A DNA stretch of 63,986 bases, filler included, from Reticulomyxa filosa (GCA_000512085.1; 24 parts of 24 records of this genome joined end to end with filler, not necessarily neighbours in it), one strand, 5' to 3'. Shown: positions 24,301-37,471, numbered from the whole stretch's first letter. A program made the numbers and translations. The notes: generated by a model not told the origin, from the letters alone.

Positions 24301-27300
24301 AGATCATTGATTACAATAAAAAACTTTTTTCCGTTCTTATTACCCCTTCCGCTGTGTTTGTTTAACTCACTAACACCGTTGTCAAATCCCAAAAAAAGAT
24401 TCTAATTTTTGTTCTTAAAATGAAAATTTTTATTTTTTTAAGTTATTTATGCTTCCACACATGTACACAATTTTGTTACTTTGCAAACCCCCTTTCATAC
24501 TTGTTGCATGATAATCTTTTCTCGTACACATTAAAGAAGCTGAGATATTAGTAACGTTTTGCTCAATTGCATGCTTATCCTGCTACTTATACTGCTGACA
24601 TGGCCTGTCAGCGTCAGTGCCTGTCTTTCGTTGACGTGCTCTTGGTACCCAATGTGGTGCTTTTTCTTAAGACACTTTTGGTGCACAAGTATCAACATCC
24701 AAAAACAAAGGATTTAATGAAGAACTAATCCCGACAGCAACTTGCACATGACCAATGAATATCTTTGGCCTATTGACTACGACCAAGTGAGCAAGTTCTT
24801 CCTTGGAAAAGTGCTTCAACTGGCCGAATTGATCATTGCAATGGCCGATCACAACTCAAAATTGACGAAAAGATCGAGAAAATGAGGCTTCAATCCCCAA
24901 GCACATGGACTCTTACTTCAAAAGTTATGACCACAGTTGAAGTTGATTGCTTGATAATCATATTTGGGAAGGTATGTCAGCACGAATCTGTCAAAGAACA
25001 TTCTTTCTCTCACGAGGCTCATCTCAGCCTGGCTAGATCTCGGGTGTTTTCACAAAGAATAACATCAAATGAAAATTATGCTGGAACGGATGGGACGGCA
25101 CAAGCGTTTTTACAAGAAATTGGAGTTATACAAGTACCCTTTTTTTGGTGTTTCTAATCTTGTTTACTTGTCTACAAGTTAAAGTGCAGCCAATCAATTT
25201 TTTCAATTTATTTTTTCGCCCAATCAAAAAAAAAAGAAATAAAATGTAAAACGATTGTGATATACACAATACACAAACACATACATAGATATAATTTGAT
25301 TATATTAAAGATGGGAAAATGTTAAGAGAATATTTTGCAGATCTAGCTGCTCCAATCGTTTTATCTTTTTTTTTTTGGAAATTGTTGAAATTTTACTGTC
25401 GCCACTTTTCCATTTAATTTTTCTTTAATTGGAGATAGTTCTTTTTTGATCTACAAATATTTATCTTCTTAAGTGAAAAGAATTTTTACATTGAAAAGGA
25501 CAGCTATGTTTTGTCTTGGCTGTAATGAATGTACAAAACAAATTTATTTTCCAATCAACTTAGTATTTGCAAAAATCGATTGCAATCCATTTAACCCTTA
25601 TTTTTACCTTTTTGAATGTCGGTGTACTCAGTAGAAACGGAGGGGACAAACGGAGAAGAAAATTTCGAGTAAGTTCTTTGGTCAGTTAAACGACAACATG
25701 AAAGCGTTGCTTGTGTTGGTGGTGCTGCATGTATTGAACGGAATACAAGCAATTGCAGCTGGGCGAACACACAAAGAACACTTCAATCAGCACGTCAATA
25801 TGAACATATTAGTATCACGTGACATGTTGTTCAACCATTTGTGGAAATTGGAAACGTTGGCATATGAGCAATGCCCACAATTATACAACAACATAGCAAT
25901 CTCATCATCAATTGCAAATTTCCAACAATGAGTTGGTGCAATCAATTAACGATATTATACGTATTTGCCAAAGCAAACTTTTGTGACGGATAATGTTATT
26001 TAAAAAAAAGACATTATCCTTTTCTTTTTTAGAAATAAAAAGCTGATCTTCTTTTAATAATCAAATGAATTCAAAAACATTTGTAAAAAAAGAACAAGAC
26101 TCACAACATGTGCAAAGTACATTATATAAAAAATCATAAAGCACCTAGAACATACATACAAGATCACAATTAATCAAAAAAAAAAAAAAAAGGATTAGCA
26201 AGGATCAAAGTAACAATATGCTATGATGTGATCTTAGTGCAATNNNNNNNNNNNNNNNNNNNNNNNNNNNNNNNNNNNNNNNNNNNNTTAATTAATTAAN
26301 NNNNNNNNNNNNNNNNNNNNNNNNNNNNNNNNNNNNNNNNNNNAAAAAAAAAAACAAAAAAAACTTGTCGACAGTCATCAAGCATATCACCAAATAAAGA
26401 ATCTGCCCATTTTCGTGCTTTGGTAGAATTCAACCATTGTCTTAGGTCTTGTGAACGCCCCGATTTACTCCGAAACCCTTTGTTTTTGTCATAAACCCAG
26501 CCCAAGTACTTGTTCAATTGCAACTCAAATTCATACTTGTCCAATGGTTTGGTCGTTTCGTGAAATAATTCTTGAGTAAGGCTTTGAAACTCTTTAGCTA
26601 TCTGTGCCACATTTACATTTATTTATTCAATTTATTTTTATATTTTGAATTTTGATTGATCTTTTTTCTCATTCTTTTTTTCATACTTTTTTTGATAATT
26701 CAAAACTTCATATTTACACGATCAGAGGGACAAAAACAACACATAACTCGGTTAATGTTTGCTTCCAGAACATCCTTGCGGTCAACAAGACGTTCCCGCT
26801 CTTGTTTCTATGCATTTTCAGTTGTGTATTTTCCAATATTTCATTTTTACTTTTCCTTTTTTTTTTTTTTTTTTGGTTTTCTTTTCAATTGCCGTTTCCT
26901 GTTCTCTTCCTCGTTTTTTCCCCAAGTCTTTGTGAATTGTTTTGATCTCTACATACCAAAACAGGAGGTTCTTGACAATCAATTCCGCTCTGCATTGTCA
27001 ATTTTCAGTCACTAAAATTAAAAAAAGAAATAGCCCAATAATCACCGAAAAGCTATGGGAAATTGACAAAGTTTTTAGTCCCCTTAGCGTTACACTGTTC
27101 GTGCGTTTTCGTCGTCTTGCTACGCGTCCACCTGATCAAAAGAATAGATCAATAAATACAAACATCACATGCAAACTTAATCAGTATAAAATTGTTAACT
27201 ATAACAAAAAGATATGCAATATTTATTTATTTAAAAATTTAAAAAAATTCATAGAAGTTAGATTTGCAATGCGAATCAGTGTAGCTAATGTCTTATTATT

Positions 27301-27778
27301 TCTCTTCAGTAAGACTATTCTCTTCACTCCGCTGCGGTCAAGACGTTGCAAGTATAACAATTACGAAAAAAAGACTCAACTACAAAGTTTTGCATTCAAG
27401 TAAAAATGCATTGTAACTTGTATTAAAAATATATATTTGTTTTTTTTTTATTACAAAAGTTACTAATTTTTTTTTATAGTATGAAATTTTACATTATTGC
27501 AATTGTTTTGGCTATTTTTGCAATCAAACATCTTGGACAATCATTAAATAATATGGATAAAGAAATACACTTTGAAGATCTGAAAAAATGTTTTATAATT
27601 TCGAATGATGAAGTAAAATGACTTTTTAGCTGTTCTAGTATTGCCTTGTATTCTATTAATTCTTAAATACTTGTTAATGTTCAAAACAAAGCTGAAAGTG
27701 TAATTCATTCAATTGTGTTGTGGCCTCTGTAGTAAAAAAAGGGTACTATCACTTGAAGTTTTTTTAATTCGTTTCAAA

Positions 27779-28515
27779 ATGGCTGAAGGAACTCAGAACG
27801 AGCGTTTGTTGTCAAGTACTTTGTGTTGCTCATTCTCTGTACTCAAAAAATATAATTATAATAATATCATTATTATGATAAAACATAGAACCAGTAGACA
27901 AAGAAGCTTCACAGACAAAAATAGCGTTTGTTCTTTATGTTGTGTGAGATGTTGATTTTTTCTTGTTGTTGCATATTTTCATAACATATCACAAAAGTTC
28001 TTACGATGAGGCCGAAATGGAGCGTTACCAGAAGCATTACGTTTGCGAATTTGGATGCAAGCTGCAGAAAGTGTAATGCCTCATTATTTACTTTGCACTT
28101 ACCCAACATTTTTTTTTTAAAAAAAAAAAAGGGGGGGGGGGGAAGGAAGAGAAAAATTGATTGTGGTTTGTGTACAAATGCATTGAACAAGATCGGATGA
28201 AGAGAAGCAAAAGACACAAAAGGCTCGAAAGCAATTATTTTTGGCATCAGGATTTTGTGTGTTGTTTATGATCGCAGAAGTAATTGGAGGTTTTATTGCC
28301 AACAGTTTGGCACTATTGTCTGATGCCACACACTTGCTTTCTGATTTTGCAGGACTGATGATTAGCATTACAGCATTGGTGTGTTTTCTTTGTTTGTGAA
28401 AACAAAACAATATCTTTGCAATGTTTAATCCGAGTCAGTTGTTATTTGTACTGTTTATACATTTTTGCTTATCGATGCAATAACAACAACGACAACAATA
28501 TATCCCCACATATCA

Positions 28516-28563
<48 letters not shown>

Positions 28564-29141
28564 GGTTAGGTTCAAAGAGAAGCCACAGGACGCTTTTCGT
28601 TTGGCTATCATCGTGCAGAAATCATTGGGGCGTTATTCTCGATCATATTGATATGGGGATTAACTATCTGGCTGGTAATTGAGGCAATTAATCGTTTGAT
28701 TACAAAACCTGATGTTGATGGAAAGATTATGTTTATCGTTGCTTGCTTAGGCATTTTGGTCAACATTATCATGGGGTATGTGTTTGTTTGCTTGCTTTTA
28801 CACCTTCTTTCTTTCTCTGTGTAATACATATATACATATATACATATATATATTTATATACTTGTATATGTGTGTGTGTATGTATATACATTTGATTTAT
28901 TAATAAAAATACCTTTTTGCACTGCAAATAATGTTGATGTGAACAGAGTGATTCTGTTTCAAGGAGGGCACCATAGTCATGGATTGGGCGGTGGAGGACA
29001 CTCCCACGATGGCGGCGGTGAACATAGCCATAAACACTCGCATTCTCATGCCGGAGGACACTCCCATGGATCTCATTCTCATGGATCTCATTCCCATGGA
29101 TCTCATTCCCATGGATCTCATTCCCACGGAGCTCACAGCCA
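27779..29141 (+). CDS. CDF/SLC30A (ZnT) zinc efflux transporter, at least 6 exons, 3' end missing
   Basis: FMIAEVIGGFIANSLALLSDATHLLSDFAG (CDF signature, HxxxD site); FSFGYHRAEIIGALFS; EAINRL; His-rich loop. One extra A near 28574, or an alternative acceptor, is needed to keep the frame. Confidence 0.93.
29068..29139 (+). repeat. 15-nt tandem repeat (GGATCTCATTCCCAT) encoding GSHSH in the ZnT His-rich loop
   Basis: Four near-perfect units plus one degenerate unit. Confidence 0.9.
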
Positions 29142-29318
29142 GTTGCGTGTTGGACATACTATACTTAGTTGTTGTTTTTTTTTTTTTTTTTTATTCAAGC
29201 GTAGCGTAGAAAACTGTTNNNNNNNNNNNNNNNNNNNNNNNNNNNNNNNNNNNNNNNNNNNNTTAATTAATTAANNNNNNNNNNNNNNNNNNNNNNNNNN
29301 NNNNNNNNNNNNNNNNNN

Positions 29319-30090
29319 TGTTGTTGTTGTTGTTGTTGTTGTTGTTATTGACATGTCTGATACTCTGACTTCAAGACCTGGTTTCAATTGGATTTCATAT
29401 GACGACCCATTCGCTTCTGTCGTCACTTCTTTTTCTTTGTTTTCTTCTCTCTTGTGTTGTGGTTCATTTCCTAAGACTTGTGTTTTTTTTGAGGAAGTTT
29501 CTTCTTCTTCCTCCTTCTTTTCTTCTTCTTCTTCTTTTTTCTTTTCCTTCTCTTCTGTTTCCATTTCTCGTATGTCTTCGACATAAGCGCTTCTTCTTTC
29601 TCGCTTGCTTATTGCTACGTTTTCAATATTTGCTTCGTCATCATTTGTTTCTGTTTTTATCTCGACTTTCGCCTCGTTTTCCTCCTTTTTTTTTCTTTCT
29701 CTTTTTCTTGTTCCGGTTGGTTTGTAGCTTGCTCGCTTTTCTTCTTTTCTTTTTTGACACTAACCGATCTCGATCAGCTGAATCGATCACATACACTACT
29801 CCGTGCACATTGTCGTAGTAGTGCCGAGACAGCACGCGAGATTGCTCATTCCCGCCAATTTCGTAGCAGAGTACACACTTCCTGTCAAATGTGGTCTCAT
29901 GATAAAACAAGTAATGGCTATCGTATCCTACCGTCGGCTCGCATTTTGTTAGCTTTGTATTTACCCTTTTATTGTTTCTAAAGCGTAATGTGTTCAATAT
30001 TGACGTCTTTCCTGAGCCATCTAGACCCAAAAATAAAACGCAGAAATCCACTTGCTCATTATTACGGTGAAACATTCTCCAGCACTCACT
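29319..30090 (-). CDS. Atypical ARF/ARL-family small GTPase with long charged insertion (partial)
   Basis: VLFLGLDGSGKTSIL (G1); PTVG (G2); YEIGGNEQSR (degenerate G3); RHYYDNVHGVVYVIDSADRDRL; then a Lys/Glu-rich stretch across an A-run frameshift. Confidence 0.8.
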
Positions 30091-30601
30091 CTAAGTTCAT
30101 AAAAGTGGTATTTGAAAAAGTTTGAGTTCTTTCCGTTTCCTCCCCCCTTCCCCTACGGTTAGCTTTAATCTATCAATTTCTGTGTTACCGTTTTGTGTTT
30201 GTCTTTAAAATCCACAAGATTGTTGTAATTGCTATTAGTGGTTAAGGACCTAGTAGTTATTTTTTTTGTTTATCACTCCCAGTGGTAGCGAAATGTACTT
30301 TCGAGACGGTCTATTCATAAACAAGACTCTTAAGCATTTGTGTTGTTTTACCTTTGTCCGTTTGAATGCCAGCATTAATAACCTGAAAAGCAATAATAAA
30401 AAAAAGGATTGAAAATTATTTTTGAATCCTGGCTTTTATGTCGGTTGACGCTACAAACCCAACCTTTAATTAAATGTGCAAATCCATCAACAAGAACCAA
30501 AACAAAAACTAAAAAAAGTGCATGACATCCAAACAAATTTAACAAAAAAAAAAAAAAAATTTGAAAAAAAACAAAACACAGTATAGTTTTGGAGGCAACG
30601 T

Positions 30602-31755
30602 TTACATAGCTCTGTGACCGCTGCTGAGACTGGCAGGAACGGAGTTCATTTTGCGTATGTCAGTATCACTGGCGGAATGACTCCACACGGCGGAGGATTT
30701 GACCCAGACCCATCGAATCAAGACGAAGATGATGATCCAGTAAGCAAGATAGCGAAAGCAAATCAAGACAAAAGCGAACAAGAACTGAGAGGTGTTCTCT
30801 GCCTGGGACAGCTTGTACGTTGCGACATCAAGGGCACTGTCCCAGTTGTCCCTATTCTTCACAGTCGACCAAATTAGCATAATTGTCGAAGCGAAAAACA
30901 ACAAGCCATATACAATCAATAGCGATATTATTTTTTGTAATCGTGTCAAATGTCTCAGTTTGAATTCGTAGCGGGGTCCCTTTTTTTTAAAAATAAAAAT
31001 AAAAATTGTGGTTCAATTGCAATATTGAGCTCCCAAAATAAAATGAAATTAAAAAAATTTAAAAAAAAAAATGCAAAACTTGTCTTTCTCTTTCAATGAC
31101 ATAATAAGTATATGCAAACATAAAACACGCAATGGTTGCAACCATCTGACGAATGTCCAAGTAAACCATCCAAAAGATGTATACGTGAAATCCAAAGCTT
31201 ACGATGCCGCATGCAGTGGTGGATATCACAATCATGCCGGCGTAAATGTACCATATGCGATTGATTCGGTCTGGCAGATCTTGCTTGATTTGATTGCGGA
31301 AAAAGGTTCGTGTCACATTTACTGCTAAATAACATACCATTCCTGCTATCAGACTGTCCGCAGTTCCGTTTAACAATGTTCGCAAGCCATAGATACTGTT
31401 GCCTTCCATTTTTTTTTTAAGTTTAATTTTTTTTTTATGGCCCCCTTTTTTGCTATGAAACAAAGACACATAACATACCCTTGGAAGGCTCGCCTCCGTA
31501 TATCCACAGATCGATGTCGGTCAATGATAACGCCAAAATACACAATGAAGAGATTAGTGACGCCATTCTTGTCAACAATTTCACTCGGTTTTGTTTGAAA
31601 TGTTTGAATGTTAATAGGTTACGGCTTCGATACAGTTGTTGTGCGCATATACTCGCCACTACAATACTGCATACCGAAAATATAATGCAAAAGATCAGGC
31701 GGAAGGTTGAAGTATACGCACTAAAGGACTGTGGAGACACTGTTGTTTGAACCAT
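30602..31755 (-). CDS. Orphan seven-transmembrane (GPCR-like) protein, exons 31755-31479, 31402-31080, 30979-30602
   Basis: GT-AG splices keep the frame; seven hydrophobic segments counted by eye; Ser-rich C-tail. Confidence 0.7.
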
Positions 31756-32787
31756 GGTATTTTTTTTTTACATAAAGTTTTTCAAAAAAAAAATTATTCC
31801 CCCAACCAACTCTAAACAGCACTACTAATTTTTTCTATTACAAACAATAATGAAATTATGTTTGCAAAAAAAAAAAAATTATAATATGTGTATTGTTCCA
31901 TTCATGTTATACTAATTAATACACTATAAAAGCTTATTTTAGTGAAACGTGGCGTATGTTGAGTGATGTACTATTGCACAATAATTTGTTTATTACCTCC
32001 TAAAAAAAAAATACACTAACTCTATTTCTATGAGATTTGCCAAACGTTATTTTTAAACAAAATATTTGAAACATTAAATTATTGATCAATTTTTTTACAA
32101 TTCCATTTCAGTAACGTTGAGTCATAAGTAGCTCTAACTATTTTTTTTTCTTGTATTTTTTACTTCCCAACTCAAATTCTCATCTTAAGCCTCTGTTTTG
32201 CTTCACAGCCATTCTGCTATAAGTCCACAATATGTACTTTATCTTGAATTGATAGATATTTAACATATACGTGAACATCGTTCTGACCTCTTGTCAATAA
32301 ATTTGGTTTTCTTTTTAAATCATCAGAATTAAAAATATTACTTCTGCAATGTAATTTAATAAAAGAAACAAAAGAAGATTTGAGAGACAATTGAAAATTG
32401 TAAAATAATCAATACATCCATTTTTAGTAAGAAATTAATTATTCTAATATTATTTTACGACATATTTTTGGGGCACTTGTATATAGTGATCTCCTCTAAG
32501 AGTAATAGTCATCTTTAGGTTTTTTTTGAAAAGAGAAGAAGTTTTGCAGTCAATCTTATTCGATTATGTTTGTTGCTTGAAAATACACAACATGCGGGTG
32601 AGTATGAAGATCTTAGAAAAGAAGGCAATACCTGAATCACAACTTTATGAGACAAAAGTGAGTAAAATATGCACTTAACACGAGCGCATTTTTATTACAG
32701 TTGAAAAAAAAATACAACAAAGCAATGACTGAAGGTGTATAAACAAATTGACAACAAACAACGTCACACGTAGTGACATTGTATGAA

Positions 32788-34198
32788 TTAGTGATTTTCA
32801 TCTGAAGGGCTTGGGACAACGAGCTCCAAATTGGCAGCAATGACCTTGTCCATGGGTTTTTCCCCAACAGAAGATTGCGAATTTATATGCTGTACAGGGG
32901 GTGGTTGTGTTGTTGTTGTTGTTGTTTCGGGTTCTTGTTTTTTCTCTTTTTCGTTTTCTTTTTCCTGCAGCTGATTTAATAATTGCAAGTTTTCTACCGA
33001 GACCGACAGGTGCTTTTCCTGCAAATTGGCAATTTTGCCCTCGCTGGTAAGTATCCACTCCGCCACAAATTTCACCAACCCCCAAGAAATTACAAACGTG
33101 GTACAAACGCGAACAATCAAATCCAGAAAGGATGGATACCCTTTGCTAAATTGTAAATTGCAGCAAATGTTACCATGGCCTTGGGCATCACCGCATAGTA
33201 TATATGCTTATTATTATTATTGTTATTGTTATTGTTACCATCATTATATTTGTATTACAATTTATTTTATTAGTCGTGTTGTTATAACAAAAAAAGGGGG
33301 CACGTTTGTAAAATACCTTTTGTCCCCCCCATTTTTATTATATTTATTTTTTTTTAAAAAAAAGTAACTTTTAGTGTCGTCTTTTGGCCCACACACAAAA
33401 TGCCAAGCAGAGTTGGAAAAGAATTCAATGTAAACGTAATCGGTAATCCAGCCGATGACCAACATTGGGCCGGTTGAAACCAATGCGCAAATCCATAAGA
33501 ATTGCAAGCTTTCGTTATCACTGAGCACTTTCTGTTTTAATAAGCGCTTGTTCACACCATACACGCCCAACGAAAACTGGTCTACTTTGAACTTTTTATC
33601 GTACGCATCCACAAAGTAAAGGGTCATTACGCAAAGCCCCTTTTTTTTTTTAAAAAAAAAAAAATTTATTTATTTTTCATAGATGAAGATCCAGTTGTAT
33701 ACGTATTTTTTTGGAAGACCTTAAAAACGCCTGTCTTCTCTCCTTTCTACTTCTTCCTCCCCCCCCCCTTTTTTTTTGCATGTACACATGCACACAGACA
33801 TATAGCAAACGAGTTTTGTATACCCATGTCAACCAGCCCACTCCTGTGCTGGCCCATCCCCAGTTTCTGCTGTAGGCTAGGTATGTCGTGGCTAACACGA
33901 TAATTGTGATTGGAATTGTAACGTATGCCAGTGCACTCATAAAGCGGCCATAACATCGATTGCATTTCGTCCGCTCTTTTTCTATCTTACAACATTTTTG
34001 GATGTAAAATGGTAATGTCCACAACAAAAATATCACGTGCATATGCACCAAGCACACAGCCACCAAAATGACCTTGAAGAAATATCCCACACACAGTCGG
34101 AAAAAACTGACACGACCACTTTTGTCTGCGTTTTCAACAACATCCAAAACCTGGGTTGCTACACCTATAGCTCCCTTCACGGCGCCTGGATTTGACAT
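32788..34198 (-). CDS. Multi-pass membrane protein, 3 exons
   Basis: In-frame splices LTW|GLCVMTLYF and DDTK|TYILCGD; several TM segments and a C-terminal coiled coil with poly-Thr. Confidence 0.65.
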
Positions 34199-35633
34199 TT
34201 GAGGCTATGCTATCACTCAAAAAAAAAAAAAAGATGTTGAAAGTTATGTTACGACACAACTACAACAAAATTCTTTTCTCTTTCACTTTTTTTTAAAGTT
34301 CGGAACGTTTTTCAGACGCAGTAACTGGATCTCTTACTTTGCATTTGTTTTTAAAGGGTCGTTTGCTCCGATTGGTCATAAAATTTATTTCTATAAGACA
34401 CCATTTATTGTATACACTTCTCTTTTATTTCATTTTAGATAACTAGCCGATGATGTTCCGATGGTAACAGCCAGGCTGCACACATATAAAGAAAATTGAT
34501 TTTTTTTTTAATAGTAAGATTGACCAGAAAAAAATGAAAAGCTTGGACGTAAAGTGAAAAGGGCAAAAACCCAATTAACTTTTTTGGAAATTTTCATGTC
34601 TCAGATTCCAAAATGTTAGCGTCAATGAATATTTATTTTCTATCAAGAGCAATTCTATTGCTCTATTTATTACAATTGGATTTTGTTCAAAGTGATATTG
34701 ATTGCAGTTGAGCAACCTGTTGTCAGCGTTTTTGGAATAAACTCCAAAATCAAAGTAATGAGCAGGCATACACAAAAAAACGTATAGACAACAGTTATGA
34801 CAGTCGCTGTCACAAGCAAGTACTGAGGATGCAAAATGACGTTTTGATATGTTCTGGAGTAGAGTCGTGTGCATCCAGTGAAGTGCTGTGTAATGATTGT
34901 GATATCGAATGCAACAGTGAGCTCTCGTTGAGTTTTTTTTTTTTTTACTTCCCCTTTTTTTTTTTTTTTTTTTCTCTCTCTTGGACGTTAGACTATTTGT
35001 AGTACATATATGCATATACATATATGAAGATGCAAAAACTCGAAGATTCGAATAGAATCCAAGTCAAGAGAATGTTTAATACAGTGCAGTTCCAGTCACT
35101 CTTGTGTCAACAGCACAATATGGATCGAGTCAGGGATCGCAACTATTTTGTGTACCGGCAAAGATTCTTGCCAGGGCATGAAAGTTGCAAGTTCCAATCG
35201 TTTGGGTGAGTGAGAAGCAAACAATAAAATACGTACACAAATTGTTAATGAGGAAACAGGGGGGAGGGGNNNNNNNNNNNNNNNNNNNNNNNNNNNNNNN
35301 NNNNNNNNNNNNNTTAATTAATTAANNNNNNNNNNNNNNNNNNNNNNNNNNNNNNNNNNNNNNNNNNNNTATTTTGTCAATATTTCAGGTCGATAAAAAA
35401 AAGATTAGTTGAATTTTGACCCTGGGTCAAAACGAGTGGAAGTGCAAAAGTTTCAATCATCAATTTTAAAATGGCATCAGACTAATATAAATGCGCATTA
35501 ATTTGTTTGGAATTCTATCAGAGTTTTTTAAAAAGCGCTAAAAATTATGTTATAAGTGTTCCCTTTTACACAAAAAAAAAAAAAAAAAAAAATAGTTTCA
35601 CAGACACAAGTAACTAAAAAAAAAAATTGAAAG

Positions 35634-36314
35634 ATGTCTTTGAATGCCCAAAAAGCAGGTTTCACTTCCAAGACTTGGTTAATCATTTCCCTTATTGTCA
35701 GTCTGTCCTGTGCTGTGTATTGCGCTTGGTTGCTGCACGTGGTACGGCGTCACTTGTGGAATCCAATAAGGGAACGGACAGGTAGCGAATCTCCACGAGA
35801 GGTACAACTTTCCACCCAAAAAAGCGACACCCGAGAAACGAGCATAAGTGTATCAGCTCCAGAAAAAGGCGGCAAACCAGTCGCCATCGACGCCAAGATT
35901 AAATGGATCGTTACCTTGTATATATTTGGAACTTTTATGATAAGTGTCGCACATGCAGGTGAGCGCATGTTATATGCATTGAATGGTGTTGCTGACAAAG
36001 CATGTAATCGAGCATTATACGTCGTGTATTTGCGAGCATTTACAGAGGGGTTATTTTTTTCGTTTTACGTGGTGCGAGCCACTGTGGGTTTGCAAGGGAG
36101 CGTATTTGCCGTATCCAAATGCCAGCAATACTTTTTCGGAATCACCCCGCCCGTTACATACGCCATTGCGTTGTTTGCGCACAACTTGCGAGCGGACATT
36201 GACAATTGCAAAGGTCCTTTGTCAATTGAGTTTGCGATGGCTGCTATGGTCTACTTTATCGATTTGTTTTGGCAAATCAGTTTATTCGCATTTTTGGTTT
36301 ATCACATCCGCAAA
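35634..36314 (+). CDS. Orphan 7TM/GPCR-like protein (first ~5 TMs, partial)
   Basis: Five hydrophobic helices; Cys at the start of TM3 (KACNR) and in the ECL2-like loop (DNCKG); donor GT after HIRK. Confidence 0.6.
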
Positions 36315-36451
36315 GTTATTTATTTATTTAATATTTGAACCTATTTTCTTTTTAATAATCCCCCTCCCCCCTCTTAAGCCTTAATTATATACTATTTCAA
36401 AAAAAAAAAAAAAAAACAAAACTTGATGTTTTTATTTTGCACGAGCACACC

Positions 36452-36490
<39 letters not shown>

Positions 36491-36688
36491 NNNNNNNNNN
36501 NNNNNNNNNNNNNNNNNNNNNNNNNNNNNNNNNNTTAATTAATTAANNNNNNNNNNNNNNNNNNNNNNNNNNNNNNNNNNNNNNNNNNNNTATATTATAT
36601 ATATATATATATATAATATATATATGTATATATTTTTATTTTTATTTTTATTTGTTTAATTCAAAGTCATAGACACATAATGACCGAC

Positions 36689-37471
36689 CATATAGATTCA
36701 TTTTGAATCGATGAAATAACAACCACTTATTTGATTCTCTGTTGTTAGGCGATTGATATCTTTTTTTTAAAAAAAAAAAAAAAAAATTTAAAAAAAAACA
36801 AATTTGTTTGGATGTTTTTGAATCGTAAAATGCTATTTCGAATGAATACGCAACAAAACAAAGAGTAGAATATACGAATATACTTGTTCCAAGCCTCATT
36901 GCCAAAGGCGATCGCTTGATAATCTTGATCCAACAACAAAGCTGTCTTTGTCTTTCCCGTCGACTCTTTGCTGTCAGACACTCCGCTGCCGCTCCAATCT
37001 GTTATTGAATGAACCCCTGTCGAATTCCTCATGTTAATCGCCATTGCTGTCCCTTCCGTCCCAAAATCGATCGCGACGATATAATTGAAGTTAGCAGTGT
37101 TTTTCCAAGGCACATTTAATCTTTTTTCCCCCCCCCCCTCCCCTCTTATAGTTTGGCATGTTTTCATATACTTAAAACGGAGTGAGAGTTAAAAATTTTT
37201 CCTCCCTCCTTTCTCTCCTCCCTTAGTGAAACTGCAAAGAATGAAGGGGAAAATCATAAAAATAACAAAACTGTGGTGTCTTTGGCTGGTCGTAAATCGG
37301 CTTTGGCGTTTGACAGCTGATACAACGCTGATATTGCTTCTCATTCACCTTCCGACAGGTTGTACAGTTCCATTCCCCATTTTGTTGACCTTTTTGATCG
37401 AATTTTGCCCACCAATTGGACAGAAAATCGGTCTCTTCTTTGCATTCCTCTTCTTCTTCTACTTGGAACAT
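36689..37471 (-). CDS. RanBP2-type zinc finger fused to HSPA12-like atypical Hsp70 ATPase (partial), exons 37471-37272, 37120-36884, 36759-36689
   Basis: WNCTTCRKVNEKQYQRCISCQTPKP fits W-x-C-x2-C-x3-N-x6-C-x2-C. IVAIDFGT, KTKTALLL..AFGNEA and WLLFHRFKMNLY are HSPA12-type motifs. Confidence 0.8.
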
